A stretch of 64,000 nucleotides of DNA from Phoronis australis (taxonomy: Eukaryota > Animalia > Phoronida): positions 423,218 to 487,217 of the forward strand of contig NMRA01000225.1 of NCBI GenBank assembly GCA_002633005.1, in the 5' to 3' direction. Shown here in pieces: positions 22,701 to 35,900 of this stretch; position 1 is the stretch's first letter; each line of letters opens with the position of its first letter. Position numbers and translations under genes: made by a program. Under the pieces are notes generated by a model. That model saw only the letters and a list, made by a program, of their open reading frames with translations. It had not been told where the DNA came from and did not search any database.

Positions 22701-25700
22701 CAGTAAAATTACGCTCGTAAATTAAATGGGGGAAATGTCGCCGTAAATTACGCTCGTAAAATACCTTAAGAACGTTCCAAATTTAAACCAATCAGTGTTG
22801 ACCTAACACACACGACTGTTGCTAGGCAGCTCGTTCTTGCACAATCGCTGACATTGCAGCAGCGATTTGATCCGCCATGATTCAGCGCTCGTATCGTAGA
22901 CATGTAACCCGTCAGTAAATAAGTATTTCCATGAGCACGCGCGGCCGTGGATTGTAAAACCCAACGTCATTGGCTAAGAGTTTAAACTAAATTACGAGCG
23001 TAATTTTACGCCGTAAAGAATTAAATTAAGCTCGTAATTTTACGGCGTAATTAACAGCGTAAATAACGGCGTAAAGTACATAATTACGCTCGTATTTTTC
23101 CGGCGACACTTTCCCCCCAACGGCCCATCATATTCACAGTCCTAACTCGGCGGTGTCCTGCCGGTGATTAACCCGAAATGGACATACAACTGATCAAAGC
23201 AACAGCAACCTCAGATCAGCATCTGTTATACGGGCACTCGGTACACCAGAATCCCTCGGCCTCACAGGAGGGCCGTCACGAGCCCATGCACCTGTACACC
23301 CTTTTCCTTCGCCTCTACTAGATTGAGTGCCTCATATAAATTCCATGTTGCTTGTTTCACGTGGGGGAGTACCTTTGTTTAACCTCTGACACATCAAATA
23401 CTGAGTTTGTCCAGTCTGTATTCATTGTTCTCAATCGACGAGGCCCGGCCTTTTCAGATTGCGAAACCCTAGCACCGAGTAAGTCACGTGACTTGATTAT
23501 CTGTATATAAACAAGGCACTATCGTATTGTTATTAGTAACTGTCGTGCACTAATTGAAACTTACGCTTCATCACACGCGTGGAAATTGAGTGTACAAGCA
23601 GAAGACGGAAACAGAGGTAGGGTTTAATACATAAACTTCCACAAGTAAAATGAGAGTAACCGGCATAGGCTTGTCCCAAAAAGCAGGCCTACTACCGAGG
23701 GAAATGTTAACAAAACGGGCGTCCCAAATACAGAACCATTAGGTGTAAGAGAACCCCATGTTGCCAAAATTTGTACCTTCACTACTTTACCTGGGGCACG
23801 ATACGAGCTTAGACGCAGGACTCTCGCGAGTAAAGACAGTTTGAACAAGTTTGTAATGTAAGGCAAATTGGTGTAAACGATTCAGTTCATCATCTTATAG
23901 GAAGAATTTTGTATTACTTAGCAACAGATTTTGTGAACACATCAAAGGAGAGATTCTCGGTCATGAACTCCATCATTCTTGGAGTACATTTATGAGCGTT
24001 CTAAGCGAGTCGAAAAGAATTGTTCAGTCGGGAGCCATGAGAAATTCTGCCTTGTTTTAATCTACACGTTTTTCCAATGGCAAACTTGGTCAACTGTGAC
24101 GCTGTGTAGAATCAAGCTGTCAGTGGTTGGTTGTATTGATCGTGTTCTCCAGGCATCATACCTGGAATTTCTGAAAACAATCGCATGGACGGATATTCGG
24201 AAAACGACCTTTCAAAAACGTCCGGGCGTATTTTGGGTCTTTGATGCTGTATTAAAGCAAATGATTATCAAAAACTAGTCACCCAAGTCTGTTTTCAAAG
24301 TACTTAATATAGTTAGTTACCAACCAACCAAGTCACGAAATATCTCGTTAAATGATAGTTATGGCGACAAAAAGTAAAATCGCAATCCCAAAATTGAATG
24401 TCTGGCTTGTGAAAAAACAAAACTTTACATTAAAACGTATCCGTATTTTAGAACAAGTCATCAGATTTTCAAAACATGCAAACAATTACTGAAATTACTC
24501 CGATGGGAGTATTTCTCGGTAGGCCTTTCTCCAGAAATTTCCCGTATAAATGTTAGAAAAGATTTTTGGGTGAAATGAGAAATATTTGGATTCAAATCGA
24601 AGAGAGTGAGTACCCTGACTTAAAGTTTATATATTTGCATCAAATTTCCCCTTTCCTTTGTTCGCGCTTGTGTATTATCCAAAAATCAATGTTTGGTTGT
24701 CCTTAATACGCATTCGCACGCACACGCACATAACACGCATGCACACACACACGAACATTCGCTCACGGAAAGCCTGACAGATTTTGCGTTTTAGAAAATT
24801 ATACGTTGTTGCCACAAATTCGTTTTTGGAGTAAGTCGTTGGTAGAAGTGCTTTTAAACAAAGTTGTAAATGATGTCGTCGCGGGTAATATTTTCAAAGT
24901 CTCCAGCAATGAATGTGAAATATCTGCCAAGAGTCCGGCAGTTTGTCGATCTTCAGTATTTGCCGAAGAGGATGTATGCACACATTTGATTCAAACATCA
25001 ATACGCTTTGTGAGTTATCCTCGTGATCAGTTCCGGTCATAAGGAACGCGTAGGGTGACCAATGCAGATAAACTGTGTCCCTGTTTATTATAAAGCGTAA
25101 ACATTTGTGAATCCATGATCCCAATTCAACAAAGAAAGTCGTCCCATCCAGACTGGTCTAACCAATGAGCCCGAGCGATACTCAAATATATTTATAGTAA
25201 CTTATGACACGGGTCAAACAGTTTTCTATTAGGGAAACGAGGACGCCTTCATATTTTCACTGAGAAAGATTCGGCGTCTTCTGGACGTACAGTAGCCATT
25301 TATATGACACTAATTAACAATTCTAGAGGCTTGCCATTGCGTTACTCTTGTCTAAGGATTCTCGTACTGGTGTTGTTTTTAATTCATTTGTTCTGAAGCT
25401 GAACAAGGGAGATAAGCACAGTCTCATGGACGGTAGACCCATTTATGCTTTCACATTCTTGTGTCCTTTTCAGCTGCAAACGAGGCGCCGCCGACATATG
25501 ACTCGCTTTTCGGTAAACTGAAGCAAGCCAACACAGAATCGCAAGGACCTGTTGACTATGCTAAGAAGTCGATCTCGGTATTGGAGGGTGCTTGTGGATG
25601 TAAGTGATGCAGTGTGATAAATACCAAAATTGATCACATATTTTGTTTTTGGCCAAAATATGAGTTCGACCTTTAAAATCAGCGCTTATGTAAACAATGA

Positions 25701-28574
25701 CAAGAACATCATTAATACATTGTCGTTGTTTACATATGCGTTGATTCTAAAGTTCGTAGTCATACTAAAATTGATTTGTTTTGAGTGTGACATTTGTACT
25801 CTAGATTGACAGGGTAAATTTTCATGAATGGAAACGCGTCAGGTAATCGCCACCTTAAAGCCGCTCAAAACCTCAAATGAATGTGAATGTACATGATCTT
25901 GGCTTCCAGTGGTCATGTCTATAAAAAAACAAAAGCAATCTGCTATTTTTATCAGCCTTTAGTTCAAATCGTTTGTTCGACGTTTGCGTATGAGTTTCAA
26001 TGTTCCGATATTATTTCTCATGTTTTATACTGTTTTGGCCAGGCTGCATCGCCGTGTTCGGTATACTGATATGCTGTGGTCTTGGTGTGGCATTGCCGAT
26101 TGCTGAAATCGTTATAGGTGAGTGGATATCGTGTGTGGCAGCCCGTATGACAGCATATGTCGTTTGGGTGACCCTTACGTAGTCAATTAGCGACCTCTCG
26201 CGTCTGAACTGACTAACCTGTTTAGGAGCAAAATCGGTCCTCCCCTATCAATCATGACCCATCATGAAATATAATTTTGTCGCCAGGTTATCATCATCAC
26301 TGAAATTACTTTCTGTTGTTGCGGGAAGGGTTCTACCAAAAGCGGACATTTTGAACGCTTGTTAAAACTTAGTGGACATTCTAAGAAGCTTTCAATTTTG
26401 ACTAGTTTCTAGTGGAGACTAGGCGACCCCAATACATACCTTACCATAGCAATTTTTGTAAAAAAATCATGGCATAGCAATGACGAAAACGATCCAAAGT
26501 GTCGAAATTCATTTCATATACCTACTTACCTATTAGAGGCCCGCACATCTAGTGACTGAGTGTTGTTAAACTCTTTGGTACTTCTTTGGCGCTGTCGAGC
26601 AAGGCTCGTGATGTGAGACTATTTCGACACCAGATATTGCCAGTAAAATCCAAAGCGAAGGTTTGAAAGCTTTATTATGAACTTTGGCAAAAGCTACGCC
26701 GTAGGACTACAAATAGCAAATACTTAATTCCTGTTTTGGTTGACATGTATAACAATCTCTTCCGACTCGTTTTTCGTCTTAAAAATGAAGCTTTCAAAAT
26801 TCTGAACCACTTGTAGCCCCCATTTTTATGAGACCTCACAATTCACAGGGCCCCATATAATTTGGAAAGATCCAACAGGACAAACATTCTCCAGTGCAGA
26901 ACCACTCGTTACAGTTTGTGATCTTTCAGAGCTTATGACTCTAATTTGTGGAACTCTTGTATCAGAGGAGGCAAGATCGAGCTGATTTAAGATTTTTGCG
27001 CCATATGGACCGAGCCTTCCTGCAAGTGCAGGGCCTGTGATTTTATAATTCAAACATAATTTTTCCTGTGATTTTAATTGTCAGTTTTGTATATAGTAGT
27101 TTAACCTTAGTTTGTTTAATTCCATATTTATTTATTTAGTAACTTATGTATTTATGTGTCAGTATATTAGCCTTTTGAATAATGTTTTGTCTTGTTTTGC
27201 TTTAACCGACTATAAATAAATTGACTTTTTGTTTCCGTTATTCTAAAAGCTACAAAAGCGTGCCTGGGATTTTCTCAGCCCTAGACCTCGGCTGTCGGTC
27301 AAAATCAAGATATTTCTTTCAAGCGTCTTCATTCATGTGAAATTTGCAGTAAAGATGTGCTTGGAGTTTACCGTTGTACAGGACGGTTATTTTAAAAGGG
27401 CAGGACTCGCTTCCCCGGCAGCTGACCGACATGACCCAAAAAAGATCCCGACTTCCGATTTTTAGGTGTTACGCTATTATTTCAAGTCGAAAATTGTAGA
27501 TGCGGCCCTAGATCCGTCAGTGCACTTCGTCAGTTGGTGAGGTACATTCCAGTGGCCATGAACTCTGGCAACGTATAGGCTGACAAGGCACAGCCCTGTG
27601 TACACACTAACTTCATACCTTTGTATACTCGCAGGTGCTATCTACCTCCACGAGTGCCCCATCAACTACCTGATACCCATCTACCTGATCGTTAGCGGTG
27701 TCTTCTCCTTCTTCGCCGGAGGCGGTTCCTGTCTCGGCCGTGGCTCAGACTGGAAGAAAAGGCTAGGCAAAAGTGATGAAGGCAGCGACCAAGAGAAAGG
27801 AACGAAGGAAAAGGCTGGGAATTGCTTCAGTAGCCTCGTGTCTATGTTTCTCTTGGCCTGGCTTATTTGTGGTAAGTGACAAATTTAACTGCCTTCTTTC
27901 TAAACGAGTAAACAAGACCCTTTATTTAGGCCGTTTAAAGTTGTAAAAGAAGTCTGCTCAAGTCTGCTTATCCAGGCGGGTCACTTGCGTGCGAAGCATG
28001 TGACTTTGAGCTTTAACGAATTGCCAGTTCTGTCCAAACCCAGAAACCACTTCCCATATTATTATTACAAACAATTTGAGACCACTTTTATAACGGTATT
28101 TTTAAGGCATTTGATGTTTTTCGGTAAGTGTTGAGTTTCATTTCTCATTCTGCGACACATTCGGGTTGGACTGGCTACCTAACCCGAGTGAAAGTGAGTT
28201 TTAACATAGATACTATAGTTTATGGTTTTACGGAGTTGGCCGAACATTACAAAATTCTTATTGTTTGTCTTCACAGACCATCTAGGAGATTGACTTACCG
28301 CCAGTTTGTCCTTAGATTTTAAAATATCAGCAACATTTGCTCTGTGTTCTCCACAGGCACGGTCTGGACTGTCAACGCGCGACCATTGCACACCACTGTC
28401 AAGTTTGTGAACGGCACTTCAGGAATCGTCAACCCCCTCTATTGCCAGAATACGGTGTTCGAGTTCGCTTTCTGGCTGTCCATAGCCTCTTGGATTTGCG
28501 CGGGAACACTGGTAGCTGTCGCGTGCCTCATCTGCTGTTGCATGTGTTGTATTCGGTGCTGCGTAAAAGATTAA
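16746..28574 (+). CDS. TMEM272: TMEM272-like transmembrane protein, paralog A (about 245 aa)
   Basis: Exons 16746-16827 (least certain), 25474-25599, 26043-26117, 27635-27871, 28357-28574; all introns phase 1 and GT-AG. Motifs APPTYDSLFGKL, ALPIAEIVIGAIYLHECPINYLIPIYLIVSG, FLLAWLICGTVW, YCQNTVFEFAFW and a Cys-rich tail. Confidence 0.8.
17182..17300. repeat. Short dispersed repeat/MITE, second copy at about 38915-38994
   Basis: catgggtgg(t/c)gcagcac(t/g)gaaaaaagtggg...tgcaccgc....agaccatg shared by both sites; this copy has inverted ends catgggtggtgca / tgcgccgcccatg. Confidence 0.65.
17495..17707. mobile_element. Young foldback MITE (about 75-bp near-perfect TIRs, internal 18-bp tandem repeats)
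   Basis: Arms atatagattattacatggcgaagtcg...ggagaattatc and its reverse complement with one mismatch; centre is about 4 x gggctaacgcccctc; TA-rich ends compatible with a TA TSD. Confidence 0.88.
18652..20327 (+). mobile_element. Helentron-associated (HINE/DINE-1-like) non-autonomous element spanning an assembly gap
   Basis: 5' ttttt-atgcgcccaca subTIR with adjacent inverted copy tgtggacgcat, (CCGT)n microsatellite, internal ccacctagtggc repeats, 3' subTIR tgtgggcgcat (20291) then hairpin caacgc-tct-gcgttg and T-rich end. Near-identical 5' part at 63610. Confidence 0.75.
19317..20087. other. Assembly gap (N run)
   Basis: Continuous Ns. Confidence 1.
21590..22366 (+). mobile_element. Older diverged copy of the same HINE-like family
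   Basis: (GTCC)n, ttttcggacggatccgacaaccggtgtgc..ctagtggcaatttt core and 3' end tgggcgcatttcaacgctgcg..ttcttgtt match the 18652 copy. Confidence 0.72.
22526..23133. mobile_element. MITE/foldback with about 35-bp TIRs and arrays of AATTACGCTCGTAA
   Basis: atatggtgggccgatgaggggaaagtgtcgccg vs cggcgacactttccccccaacggcccatcatat; around ten aattacgctcgta/tacgagcgtaa motifs in both orientations in the subterminal regions. Confidence 0.82.
23481..23616 (+). promoter_or_regulatory. Candidate proximal promoter and alternative first exon of TMEM272-like A
   Basis: Perfect palindrome AAGTCACGTGACTT (23481-23494), TATATAAA (23504-23511) and donor-like GAG|GTAGGG at 23616/23617. Confidence 0.45.
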
Positions 28575-31500
28575 CTTTGAACAATGGATGGAGAGTATCA
28601 TAATACATGCACCTGACGAACAGTTGATGAAAATAGGCTTGTGTGACGGTGAATGGGGATCACGTTTTCATGCAAAAAACACATTTTTCTATGCTTGTTT
28701 AATTCAATTAATACTGCTTCGTAATATTTAGTGACGTTACTCCGTAGAAACTAAAGTCTCCCATATTGCGTGTTTTTCCGAAGTCATAATTTTGCTTTCA
28801 TTTCGGACGTGTGCCTTTATAATGTGGGATTTCTTGCCTTAAGATATTCCCTCGTTTCAGTGAATGCTGGTGCTGTATTACGGTTGTGTCTTCAATATAT
28901 CTCTGTTGGCATTGGTGGCTGGATCCTATGCTATTTTTGTTACAGATCGGAATTGGAAAAGGAAGTATATTACACGTGTACTACTGGAAATTGTTTTTAT
29001 TATCCCGTTTTAACAACTGATTTAGCTCAAGCTGAAACATAAGCTGTTTGACAATCTTACAAATCAGACAAAAACACAGCAAGCCCTCGCCTCAAATATT
29101 CTGGCTATAATGATATCGGCTCAGGAGCGTACCTAGACGTTTTAGCAAGCACGCTTTAGAGTTTCAGACGATTACTGTCACAGNTTCACAATGCCATTTT
29201 CATGGCCCCAGAAGCAGTTGCACATTGTTGCCAATTTGTCCTGTCCAGTGTTACGTTGTCCTGTTATCCCCTAGATATCTCAAACCCGCCAGGTCGAATT
29301 TTGATCAAATTGAGCACGAGTGCGTATGACATCTCTAAAACGAATCGTGCCACTTTTCAATCCGCTCCGCCCCTTGGTGTCAGGGTAGCATGGCTTTTTC
29401 AATCTTGTTTGGGAACATCGTTTTCCCATGCTATCTAGACGGATTTCAATGAAACTACACAGAGGTATGTATTGTCAATGCTATATTACCATTACGGGGC
29501 ACTCAACATTTTTCCTCATTTTTGCTTCCCCAGGCACAGTGAACTGAGGGACTTTCTGCTACAAAACTACAAAATGTAAAACATGCAGGTGTTGACCGTG
29601 CATAAAGCTTGCCCACAGCAAACCTAGCCGGTATCGCCATAAACGAGCAAAAATACACAAAATTGGCAGTTTTCAACTCAAAACCACGACTCGCATGCAA
29701 CTACTAGCAGCAGACACCGCACTCAGAGTTCCAAAATATTGCATATTCCAAAAATCTGTAAAAATGCTGATGAGTGTGGACCAGACCGTTTTTTCTGCTA
29801 ACCCCAAAAGTCTATGGGGTACCTGAATTTCCAGCCAAAACTTGTGTAAATACATTTCAACAAAATTCAAAGGAAGGGACACTTTTAAACCTGAAAATGT
29901 TACTTCGTTACGTGTTAAGGGTATGATTTCGACCTTTAGGGTGCCATAAAAATGTATATTTGTCAAATTCACTCTTTCTTGTTTGCAAATGTAACGTCTA
30001 AACTCCTGCTCAGTGCGTGTTGAGAAAACCAGAAAATACAGGGCTGGAGAGAAAAGACAAACCGGCTCGAAAATGAGTAGACAGAACTGTCGACACGGAA
30101 ACTACTTATAATTTCATCTATTTCCGAGAGTGAAAATGACGCCTAAGCTTGAGAATCCAGTTTAGGGAAAATTCAATTCATTAGGTTCATGCTTAGAAAG
30201 TACACTTTGAAAAGGCGAGGTTCCGGATTCAATAGTCTACATTGTTGAAACACGGGTACACGTGTTTCTTGTGGCTTTTTCGAAATCCCTCTGAAACACG
30301 GGTATCTAGAGTTTCCGGTGGCTACCTGCTTGGAAGACAAATGATACTGAACAGACAGAATTTCATCTAAACTCGCCCAAACACCAATTCTTAGAGTGTT
30401 GTTTTAGATTCGCAAAATCATCTAATGCACTTTACTGCTGAGGGGTCGGATGATAAAATTACCCGAAAGTGTTAATGCATCATTGCTGCCAACCTTGAAA
30501 GACAGAAGTAGGAATCAACAAAATACTTCCTAAGTCACAAATTGAAACCTATGATACTTGGTGGTGGCCTCTCCACAGTTGCCTTGTAATTCTCTGAAAG
30601 CGTAGATCACCTTTACCCGTTCAGGAGACTTCGAAAGGAGTTTTAAAATAGTATCTCCAGACTTTTAAGGATAGAGGGTTATAGAGTAATATTTTACTTC
30701 AGGGAATGGAATGGGATTTTCTGCTAATAGGCCAATACCGGGTTCGGTGTCCTTTTAACTAAAGGTCATTAAGTTGCAAGACTTAGAAATCCGTAATACC
30801 ATAAAGGCATAACTTGGTAATACACTGTAACAGTAGTCACGGGCAGATTTTTGACGTGGAGAACGGACATCCTACCTTCCCCTAACAATTTTTGAGAATT
30901 GCTCGTGTTAACATGAATTCTGGTTCATTCTAGTGGTAGCTTGCTACGGACTATGAGATAAACTTGCACTTTAAAAGCCGCAAAACTGTTTTCCATTGCT
31001 AATACATGTACTTTAAGACGCTTTTAAAGTTTAAAATTCCGGAAGACATGAACACTGTACATGGCCCCGACACATACTAGTCTCCTACGAACAACTCCTC
31101 CTTAATCAACTACACCTTTCTCAATAAGGTTCATACAAAAATTAATATTGTTATCCTTTGGAAAAAATAAAACTATTTTATATTAAAAAAGTGTTGCTTT
31201 GTGAAATTCACAGATATTGGTCTTCCATTTCTTCTGTCACCCTTTCGATGTCGGTCAATGCTATTGTTGTGTTATAATCCACATTTTTATTGTTTGGGCT
31301 ACATGCATTGATGCTGCTGTGGTTCACACTGTTTTCCTACTGTTGCCTCCCCTCGTAAATACAAAGATGGTAAATAGTTGACAGAGCCGGATTTATAGGA
31401 TGACCAACGGGCAGCCCTCGCGCTGCCAGTCTAAGAGAGCATTCCGTCTGAAAGGGGGGCCATAATATGAAAGACTGCTTCTAAAAATGGTTAAGACCCA

Positions 31501-32583
31501 CAATTAGTGACCTTCCTTAACGTAAACGGAAGAACGATTTGACAAAGGCAGTTGATTCTATCATTGAAGAATTCCTCCGTGAGCGACCCTTCAGAAAAAA
31601 ATAGTGATGTCAATAAAAACAAAGAAATGATGGCCATGGATGTCATGGGACCCTTAAATGTGAAAGGATACGCAGTTTCAAAACAGGAAATGAGAAGCAA
31701 TTGGTGATGCTATCACGGCCTCTTCTCTCCGCCAGTGGCCGGTTGCATGAAACAGTCCCAAATAGGGATTTAACTAAGGTTCTTAAGTCATTTTGCGTAT
31801 TTGTGTCTTTATGGACTGACAGGTGCAATATTTTTCTATCATTTCATCTTTATAATGAGCTCCTCCTTTCTAATAAAATTACAAAAAACTTAAGCCCAGA
31901 GTTCATTAAATATAAATAGGGATCTTTTCATGCAACACCCCTAATTAAAGATCCCTAATTATTTTCGATAATTTTGACAATTCAACGTAGAGTTCACACT
32001 CGATTTTTATCAAAGCCAAAAAATAATCTACTAGGCTTAGTAATGAAACTAAAACAATACAAAAACGGGCAATCGAAGTCCAAAAAGATTTAGGGAACTT
32101 AGTTGCAACCGGGCACTGGTTCACAGTTTTTATGACGTGATAGACAACTATTGTCCTTTGGCCGATGGGGGTCCTTAAAGAAATGCAGTGCGTTCTTGCA
32201 ACTGAAAATCTGTTCACAACAAGCTCTTTGTACTTTTTCAAGGTATGTATGATTAAGATCGAGTTTTTAAGGGCGTTTCCTCGCTGTCGAGGCAGCCGCA
32301 AACTAAGTTTACTCAGAAGATGTCGTAAATATACAAAATCAACGCGAACCAAGTGATGCAAGTATAAGCGACGTCCATAAGTTGCCTTTCCTTTAAACGG
32401 TCGCAAAGAACAAGGTAGATATCACTTGAATGTATGGATTACTCTGCGGTTCGGCACCCAACACTCGAGGAGCAATTGGGACCGCAGAGTTACGAAGAAA
32501 TGAAAAAGGAGCTTAGTTTACCAACACTGTCATTTTTTACCCGCATTTACTAGAGCTTTAGGCCTGCATGTATTTTGTCAGTG

Positions 32584-32610
32584 TATATATATATATATAT
32601 ATATATATAT
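32584..32610. repeat. (TA)n microsatellite
   Basis: About 13 TA units. Confidence 0.95.
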
Positions 32611-32952
32611 GAAGTCTTGGGCAGTGTTTTGTGAATGGTAGTTACTTCACAACATTCTTATATTACTTCAAAGCTTATTACACGTAGTGTTTCATTGAAG
32701 AACAAGTCGTAGGTTTTCGTCTTAGTCCCGTGTCTGTATACCACAAGGTAGGATTCCCACTAAATAACGACGGGTAAAATTAAACGACACGATAGTTTAA
32801 GGAAGCAGTCGTCTGACTTATGAATACACCATGAGGTCGTGGACGCTCGAACACCGAGGGCGATTGTGGCCACAAATAATATGACAGAATTACACGTGAC
32901 GGCAAAACAACACGCATGCAAAGCACGTTCCACGTGTTTAAATCACAGTAAA

Positions 32953-35900
32953 ATGATGCAAGCAGGTGAGACAAAACAGACATTTTTATCAAAGTGAAGT
33001 TCACGGGGAATAAAGAATGGAAACAGCAGGTAACCACCTGATTGATTATCAAGTAATAACTGCAGTGGCTTTGAGGGGCTGAGGTGTATTGAATCTAAAA
33101 AGTTTGCAGATACAACGTTCTTTGAAGAAAGGGGGCTAACTTGAGGCGCAGACCTTAGAAGTGGAACTGTACCAGTAGAACAGCATTCCAACTCTGTTGA
33201 GATTTTAGGTAATTGGTGTTCTGACTACCCAACCAATCCTCGCTATTGGTGAAAACCTTCCAAGTTAAAGGCAGGAAACAACTAAAAACTCATACCCTCC
33301 ACATCTCTGATTGGATATTACGATCCTTGGTGGGTGTTTTTTTCCCCGACAGCTGCCGTTAATTCGCTAAAAGCGTTTGGTCACGTTTACCCGTTTAGCA
33401 GACTTTGAAAGGAATTATTCAAATTTTCCTCCAACACTTTTGAGGGTCGTCAAGGATTACACAGCAGAACTGGATGGGAAAGTGACGTCATTAATATCTG
33501 TTAATAGGACAAAACCGGGTTTACTTTCAGTTTAATATACGTTACGGTTGCGAGTGTGTACTCACGTCTGGCCAACTTTGTTACCTACTCTTTAGGTAAC
33601 ACTCATGGTCAATGCTCTACTTCAGAGCACACGGTGTAACACTAAACTGAACGTGACCAAACGAGTTCGCCCGCTAACTTTATGAATGATAATCGCGTCA
33701 TCAGCATGAGGAAGTTGTAACGATACTTCATTATTGTTTGTGCAACTCATCGTTTGTTTTTAAATTTGAAATCAAAAGTACGGATGACCTTTGAAAATGA
33801 AAATTCGTGCACAGAAAGAAATATCACTAGTTTGACTTCAAACATTTCAAGTTGAGCAAGATTTTCCCGTTGAAGCAAGATATGAACAATAAGTTAGTCT
33901 CTCGCTGAATTAATTTGTGACAATGACTTCGTAACAGGCCAACGTAATTTTCCTATTCAGAGCTTTCGGCATCTCGAAAGGAGTCGCTGTTCAACCAACT
34001 GGTGAACGAAAGTTTACGGACGCAATCGGGAATAAAATTCTTCAAGGTTGCCGTGGACACGATGTGCACAAGCTGTGGGGGTAAGGACGCTGGATTTGCG
34101 GCTCATACTTTACACACGTGAATGTTCGTAAGATGGAGCCATTATTCACCAATACGAAAGACCTTCGTTGCCTGTGATCAAATGTCTTAAATAACTTTTA
34201 AAATGTTAAAAATAGACCAAAACATGTTCTTAAAATCCTAGATGATCACAAGTTTTTTTACATGCACAAAACTATTCCTAACCGCTATTTCGTTTTTAAT
34301 AAAAATTCTTGATTTTTCCTGTAGATTGTCGTAATTTATACAAACATAAATTGTTCACACAGAACTTGCAAATTCTGTTCTTTATTTTATTAACCACAAA
34401 ATAACGTCTCAAGTTTGTTTTAAGACATTTTACCCTGAAATCTCCACTGTCAAATCTATAATTCCTTGAAAAGACGGAAGTCTTAATATTTTGACAGCCA
34501 CCCCTCATGTTAGCACAGACTCCATAGACACACGATTGTAGCTAATAGCATAAAGAAACAAAAATTTCAAATTTCTTACGAAAAAATGTGTTCGCGAAAA
34601 CTTCGTTGATGTCCATGAATAATCTTTTTAGAAAAACGGATTCACGTGATAACGAAATCTGTGCATTGCTTTCATGCACTTAGGACTCTGTGATCACCTA
34701 GGAATTTAAATATAGCTGAACGTGTCAATAGTTAATACTTAAATAGTCATTTAAGAATCCAGTCAGCTGTTTCTGAGATACAATGTTTCAAATTAAGCCA
34801 AATTTGAACGTTTTCTAAGGTCCTACATAAATTTAATTCCTGTCAACGGTTGCAACCAATGTCTGTTACAGCAAGAGAAAATGCGAGAACAGGTCGGACT
34901 AAATTGTTTATAAAACGATTGTCATACTTAGACAATACATGTACGATAGGATTAATTGCAGCTTTTAAAATCGAGTAATATTACGATTCTCTTATCATAG
35001 AAAGTGCATTGCCGATTGGCCGAGCCGATTATTCGTTGATACTTGTTGCAGTATGTCTGTACCTGTTTGGAGTGTCCGTGTGCGCGGCCCTTTGTCTCAT
35101 AGTCTCCATTGCCGAGATAGCTATAGGTGAGTGACTGGTTACAATGCAGGCACACCTGGAGTATCATAGAATCGTTACTTACCTGCAGTTAGGAATACAA
35201 TATCATTGGGGTGTTAGAAATCAGTTCATTGATATGGTATAAGTAAGAATTATAGTCCTAATAATGCGCGCACCCAGGGGGGCTCGGGGCGAAGTGGGCA
35301 AAAAATTAAAGTCCACCTCAGAGAAACAAAAAGTCCGAGAAAACGAGAGAAAAGTCCACTAAAAAGGCAGGAAATACCAAAATTCGGCAAACGCACAATT
35401 AACAAACTCACAGCTTTGAACATGCTTTGTTTTATATTTATTTTTTAGTAAAAGGTCTATATTCCCAAAAATTCGAGCCCTCCACTTTTTAGGCTGGGTG
35501 CGCGCATGTTTGTAGTCTTCTTGCACGCCATACGTTGGTCACATTACGTGATCTAAAATCATTTCTATCCCAACTGGGGCTCGAATCCGGAACTTTCTTC
35601 TAAACTTTGAAAGTGAAGACTCTCTAGTTGACTGTTCGGGACAACCTGTCAATTAACTATTGGAGGCAGCCAGTGTAAATTAGTACATCTCAGCTGGATT
35701 CGCTTGACGCTGTTATTCTTGCACCCAACACGACTTCGATTAAATGTTAATTTTGCATAAGTGTGTACTATGAAGATCGTTGTTCGCATTACGCTAATAC
35801 ACACCTACATTCTTATCAAATGATAGAATAAATCACTTGCAAAATTGAATCTTTCTGGGAAATGCTGTTGGTTGCCTTAGGTACATGGACCCTTCCCCGG

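Noticed and set aside
30300-32406. Stretch with a coding-like feel and a 153-aa minus-strand ORF (31945-32406)
   Set aside because: Frequent stops, no recognisable domain or consistent splice structure; needs BLASTX.
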